This document shows positions 60,792-64,000 of a stretch of 64,000 nucleotides of DNA, in pieces (within the stretch, counting starts at the first letter, position 1; each line of letters begins with the position of its first letter). The notes beneath the pieces were generated by a model that saw only the letters and a list, made by a program, of their open reading frames with translations, made no database searches and was not told the DNA's origin. Origin of the DNA: an uncultured virus (IMG/VR IMGVR_UViG_3300002092_000038) (taxonomy: Duplodnaviria > Heunggongvirae > Uroviricota > Caudoviricetes); the IMG/VR virus record IMGVR_UViG_3300002092_000038; one strand, written 5' to 3'. The position numbers and the translations under genes are program-made.

Positions 60792-61436
60792 TTAATGACA
60801 ATTACACCCTATTAAACCCTGTCCTCTATTCCATCCTACACCAGTATTACAGTTACTATGCCAATTTATACTAGGAAATTTACAACATAAATGTTCTAAT
60901 ATATACATGGCTTTGTTATAAAACTCTTCTGCTAATACAAAGTTATTATTATTAGCTGATACTACACAACCATTTATATAGAGTTTTACTTTTTTTAATT
61001 GATTTAAATATTTTTCTATACCATGATCATGACAAGCAAACTCTACATTCAATTTTAAAAAAGCATGTTCATATTTACATTTTATATTATCAATCTTAAC
61101 AAAGTTTTGATTGATTGTTGCATTAGGTAATCCTCCTGAAGGTACAACCGTATAGATAACATTGTATATACCATCAGGCAAACTAGTACAACCTGTATCA
61201 CTACAAGTAATTCCTAAGTCTACACATTTGTAAACATTTACACTAAGAGGTGTAAAAGGTACATTTAAAGTAGGGTATCCTGGAGGAGTTATTTCCATTG
61301 ATAAATCTGCTGATGTAGGTATACTTAAATAAGAACTTACATCAGAAATAGCTATACAAGAACCGTCTCTTAAATCTACTAATTTTAAAGATAGTATTGG
61401 TAATTGTTCTACTAACATTATTTTTATTTTAAACAA
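60792..61436 (-). CDS. putative tail hub protein
   Basis: DVSSY, ITPPGY, LPDGIYNVIYTV motif typical of crAss-like hub genes. Confidence 0.65.
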   Translation of the reverse strand: MFKIKIMLVEQLPILSLKLVDLRDGSCIAISDVSSYLSIPTSADLSMEITPPGYPTLNVPFTPLSVNVYKCVDLGITCSDTGCTSLPDGIYNVIYTVVPSGGLPNATINQNFVKIDNIKCKYEHAFLKLNVEFACHDHGIEKYLNQLKKVKLYINGCVVSANNNNFVLAEEFYNKAMYILEHLCCKFPSINWHSNCNTGVGWNRGQGLIGCNCH

Positions 61437-62020
61437 GCATAAAACAATTTTGCATAACCTGCAATTGATTCTGCTTTATCTGTACCATTAATTATTTTCC
61501 TTGCTCCTATCCAATCTTCTGTAGAAGAATTGAAATACATTTCAAGACATTTGCCTGTAAAATCTCCAAAAGAAGAAGATCCTTTAAGCATACCCTCAAA
61601 CATTATTTTAACAGCTATACCACTATTTAAAGCTAATTCAGGCTTATTAAGTAAATCTACTCCTAGTAATCTTCCCATCAATTGATAGTTTTCAAACCAC
61701 GTAAGCTGTACCAATCCTCTACCATAATAAAGCTTGTCTGGAGAAATATAAGCTACTCTAGATCTTTTAACTTTTTTACCATAAGGATAATTCTTTCCTC
61801 TACCGTATTCTTCTATAGGAGACATTGTTCTAGCTGTTTCGTGATATACAGTAGCAAACATATAAGCTAACCATCTTAAATCACTAAGAGCCTCTCCATC
61901 AAAAGTGCCTTTTTCCCATTCGTTTAATATTGCATTTATACCATCTACTTGAGATTGGGAAAAAGCTAAAAACAATTTAGTAGTTTTTAAAGCAGTATAA
62001 AATTTTTGTTTATCTATCAT
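61424..62020 (-). CDS. glycoside hydrolase family 19 endolysin (start placed at ATG 62020, MIDKQ)
   Basis: AYMFATVYHET...EEYG, YYGRGLVQLTWFENY, ARKIING; the track's upstream ATG lies within a terminator. Confidence 0.85.
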   Translation of the reverse strand: MIDKQKFYTALKTTKLFLAFSQSQVDGINAILNEWEKGTFDGEALSDLRWLAYMFATVYHETARTMSPIEEYGRGKNYPYGKKVKRSRVAYISPDKLYYGRGLVQLTWFENYQLMGRLLGVDLLNKPELALNSGIAVKIMFEGMLKGSSSFGDFTGKCLEMYFNSSTEDWIGARKIINGTDKAESIAGYAKLFYACLK

Positions 62021-62030
62021 AGATATAAAA

Positions 62031-62070
62031 TAAAAAGCAGGATATAGGGTGTATTTCCCCATACCCTGCT
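62031..62070 (-). terminator. intrinsic terminator after the auxiliary capsid gene
   Basis: Minus strand AGCAGGGTATGGGG-loop-CCCTATATCCTGCT-TTTT. Confidence 0.75.
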
Positions 62071-62094
62071 AGGTTGTTATTAATACAACTCTTA

Positions 62095-63216
62095 TTATGG
62101 AGTTGTGTTAGTAGTAGTAGTTGTAGTAGTACTAGAAGTAGTAAAAGTACTAGTGGTACTAGGTGTAGCCAAATCATTATCTGCGGGACCAAACATAGCT
62201 GTCAATACATTAACTATAGCTGTTTCACCTGAATCTCCTTGAGGAAAAGCCAATATAACAGTTTCATCAATCTGAACATTTGGATTCCAAGCTTCATTTC
62301 CTGGCCTATAGAACTTCAAGTAATACAAATCGTAAGCTAAAGCAGAATCTACATAACTCTGGAACTCACCATTGTAATTAGGATTAGAGAAGATAGACTT
62401 GAAATCAGCTTGATTATACCAGAAATCCTTTTCTAACTGAGCAATTTCTGCTGGAGTAAGTTGTGGGAAAGAAGCTTTCTGTAAAATAGTAACAGTAGCT
62501 ACTGGACTACAATAATCATCAACTTCATAATCAGTAGTAAGTTCTGGACCATTCATTACAAATGTTCTAAACCACATCCTATCAAACTGATAAGGGAAGT
62601 TAGTAAGATCACAAGAACTACCGTATTGCTGTAAAGTAAGTCCCTGAATAACTATAGTTGTAGAAGCTCCTGAACCCTGAGTTCCTGCTACTACAAAGTT
62701 ATTAAGTATCTCATCATTATTAATAGCCTGAGCTAAAGATAACATAGTAGCTTCCACATCAGCAGGTTGCAAATCATCACAAGGATTACTTCCACAATTG
62801 CAGCATGGTGTAGTAACCATTACTGATCTAGTCAAACCGTTGAAGTATGCAGTATCAATATAAAAAGAGTGTAACCTCAATGTTATAGAAATATCTTCAT
62901 TACATCCTGCTGTAAGATTAGAAATACTTGTTACTTGTGTATTCTGTGACAATGATCCTGTTACCTTATACCAACTTATAAGATTCTTAGTATAAATATG
63001 ATCAGATTTCTTAGTTCCTTCATAAGGAGAATAAATATTTCTACCCTGAGCAAAACTGATGTACTTAGCAGATCCTACGTTAGAAACTGTAGCTGCTGCA
63101 TTACTAGGAAGGAATATACCTACCTGACCAGGAGTTAAAGAAGCAGAAGTACTAGATCCTGTTGGAAGAGTGTTCCCTGTAGGAACAACAAACATGGTTG
63201 TTAATGAAAAATCCAT
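62095..63216 (-). CDS. auxiliary capsid protein-like, with Thr-rich C-terminal tail
   Basis: Follows the ring protein gene and ends at a terminator; LTPGQVGIF, EIAQLEK. Confidence 0.65.
   Translation of the reverse strand: MDFSLTTMFVVPTGNTLPTGSSTSASLTPGQVGIFLPSNAAATVSNVGSAKYISFAQGRNIYSPYEGTKKSDHIYTKNLISWYKVTGSLSQNTQVTSISNLTAGCNEDISITLRLHSFYIDTAYFNGLTRSVMVTTPCCNCGSNPCDDLQPADVEATMLSLAQAINNDEILNNFVVAGTQGSGASTTIVIQGLTLQQYGSSCDLTNFPYQFDRMWFRTFVMNGPELTTDYEVDDYCSPVATVTILQKASFPQLTPAEIAQLEKDFWYNQADFKSIFSNPNYNGEFQSYVDSALAYDLYYLKFYRPGNEAWNPNVQIDETVILAFPQGDSGETAIVNVLTAMFGPADNDLATPSTTSTFTTSSTTTTTTTNTTP
62098..62167 (-). repeat. (ACT/ACA)n low-complexity tract encoding poly-Thr/Ser
   Basis: GTAGTAGTAG... 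on the + strand; encodes TPSTTSTFTTSSTTTTTTTNTTP. Confidence 0.8.
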
Positions 63217-63251
63217 ATTATTTTAAATTTTTGTTTTATTGTTTATTAAAT

Positions 63252-63980
63252 TTATTCTGTTTCTTTAGATCTTTCTCTGGACAATTGAGATTGTGATTGA
63301 TCTCCTATAGTGTCTGAAATTTCTGTTATTATTAATTCTAATAATTCGTTTTTAAGATAAGCATCTAGTTCACAATCTTGTAATACTGAAGGAGAACCAT
63401 CTATATGTGTGTAACCAGGAACATCTATTTCTTTAGGATATCTTAAATAAGATAAATAAAGATTGTCTATTTTAAATGTATTTTTAATATCTGGATAACT
63501 ATAAAAAACATTATTTGATATTACTCCTACACTTTCTTGATATTCAAAAGAAGGGGTCCAATGTGAAGATTTCAATTTAGTTTGAATATCTCCATGTTTA
63601 ACTATGTCTATAATATCTAATATTCTATTTTTACAATTTCCTTTTGAACATACTATATATGAATCAATAGGCATAAAATATTTAGAACTAGTATTACTTA
63701 AAGGTGTTTGATAACTATTAAAATTATCTCCAGGTGTAGATGTAACATCTAACTTTTCATAATAAACTATGAAAGCTTCTAAATCCTGGTATCTTTTCTT
63801 AAAAGCATCTAAACCAGACTGATAAACATTATTTAAACCTAATTTCTTTAATATCAGTTTTATTTGCGCCCTATTTGCAAAAGTTATTTTATCTTCATCA
63901 GGTATAAACTGCCCTTGTAAATTAGCATTTTTATTTAATTTTTCATCAATCTCAAATAAAAGATCATTTACTGGTATCAT
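63252..63980 (-). CDS. ring protein 1 / head-tail connector
   Basis: FANRAQ, LSYLRYP, DCELDAYL; crAss-like position downstream of the capsid gene. Confidence 0.7.
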   Translation of the reverse strand: MIPVNDLLFEIDEKLNKNANLQGQFIPDEDKITFANRAQIKLILKKLGLNNVYQSGLDAFKKRYQDLEAFIVYYEKLDVTSTPGDNFNSYQTPLSNTSSKYFMPIDSYIVCSKGNCKNRILDIIDIVKHGDIQTKLKSSHWTPSFEYQESVGVISNNVFYSYPDIKNTFKIDNLYLSYLRYPKEIDVPGYTHIDGSPSVLQDCELDAYLKNELLELIITEISDTIGDQSQSQLSRERSKETE

Positions 63981-64000
63981 TATTCTGATTTATATTAATT

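Noticed and set aside
17048..61870. Many 60-118 aa plus-strand ORFs opposite the virion genes
   Set aside because: Phe/Ile/Ser-rich antisense artefacts of AT-rich coding sequence.
62010..62192. 60-aa Leu-rich minus-strand ORF resembling a holin
   Set aside because: It is an alternative frame of the poly-Thr tract and runs through a terminator.
1..64000. Stop-codon reassignment as in some crAss-like phages
   Set aside because: Genes are long and intact in the standard code, TAG and TGA both end genes, and no suppressor tRNA was seen.
1..64000. CRISPR arrays, tRNAs, diversity-generating retroelements, invertible fibre cassettes
   Set aside because: No spaced repeats, cloverleaf, reverse transcriptase or invertase were seen by eye; dedicated scans were not run.

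Overview
This window is an AT-rich segment of a crAss-like (Crassvirales-type) phage genome in the standard genetic code. TTTG/TAnnTTTG promoter boxes suggest a Bacteroidota host. Positions 1-11534 (+) form a replication and nucleotide module: PD-(D/E)xK nuclease, family A DNA polymerase, class II ribonucleotide reductase, RecA, a possible SAM lyase-like protein, ATP-dependent ligase, dUTPase and an HNH-like protein. This module converges at a bidirectional terminator with a minus-strand virion module (11564-63980). That module encodes ring, hub and muzzle tail proteins, an auxiliary capsid protein, a GH19 endolysin, ejected cargo proteins including a 4517-aa virion RNA polymerase, and fibre and lysis-type genes. 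The most unusual elements are: (1) a circularly permuted histidine phosphatase domain inside a 1807-aa cargo protein; (2) a GT-A glycosyltransferase with its own promoter among Ser/Thr-rich virion proteins, a candidate virion O-glycosylation system; (3) a cassette of an HNH-fused zincin-like protein and a PurD-like ATP-grasp ligase inserted between cargo genes; (4) a conserved promoter motif that often overlaps hairpins. All assignments come from motif recognition and recalled synteny; no database searches were run.
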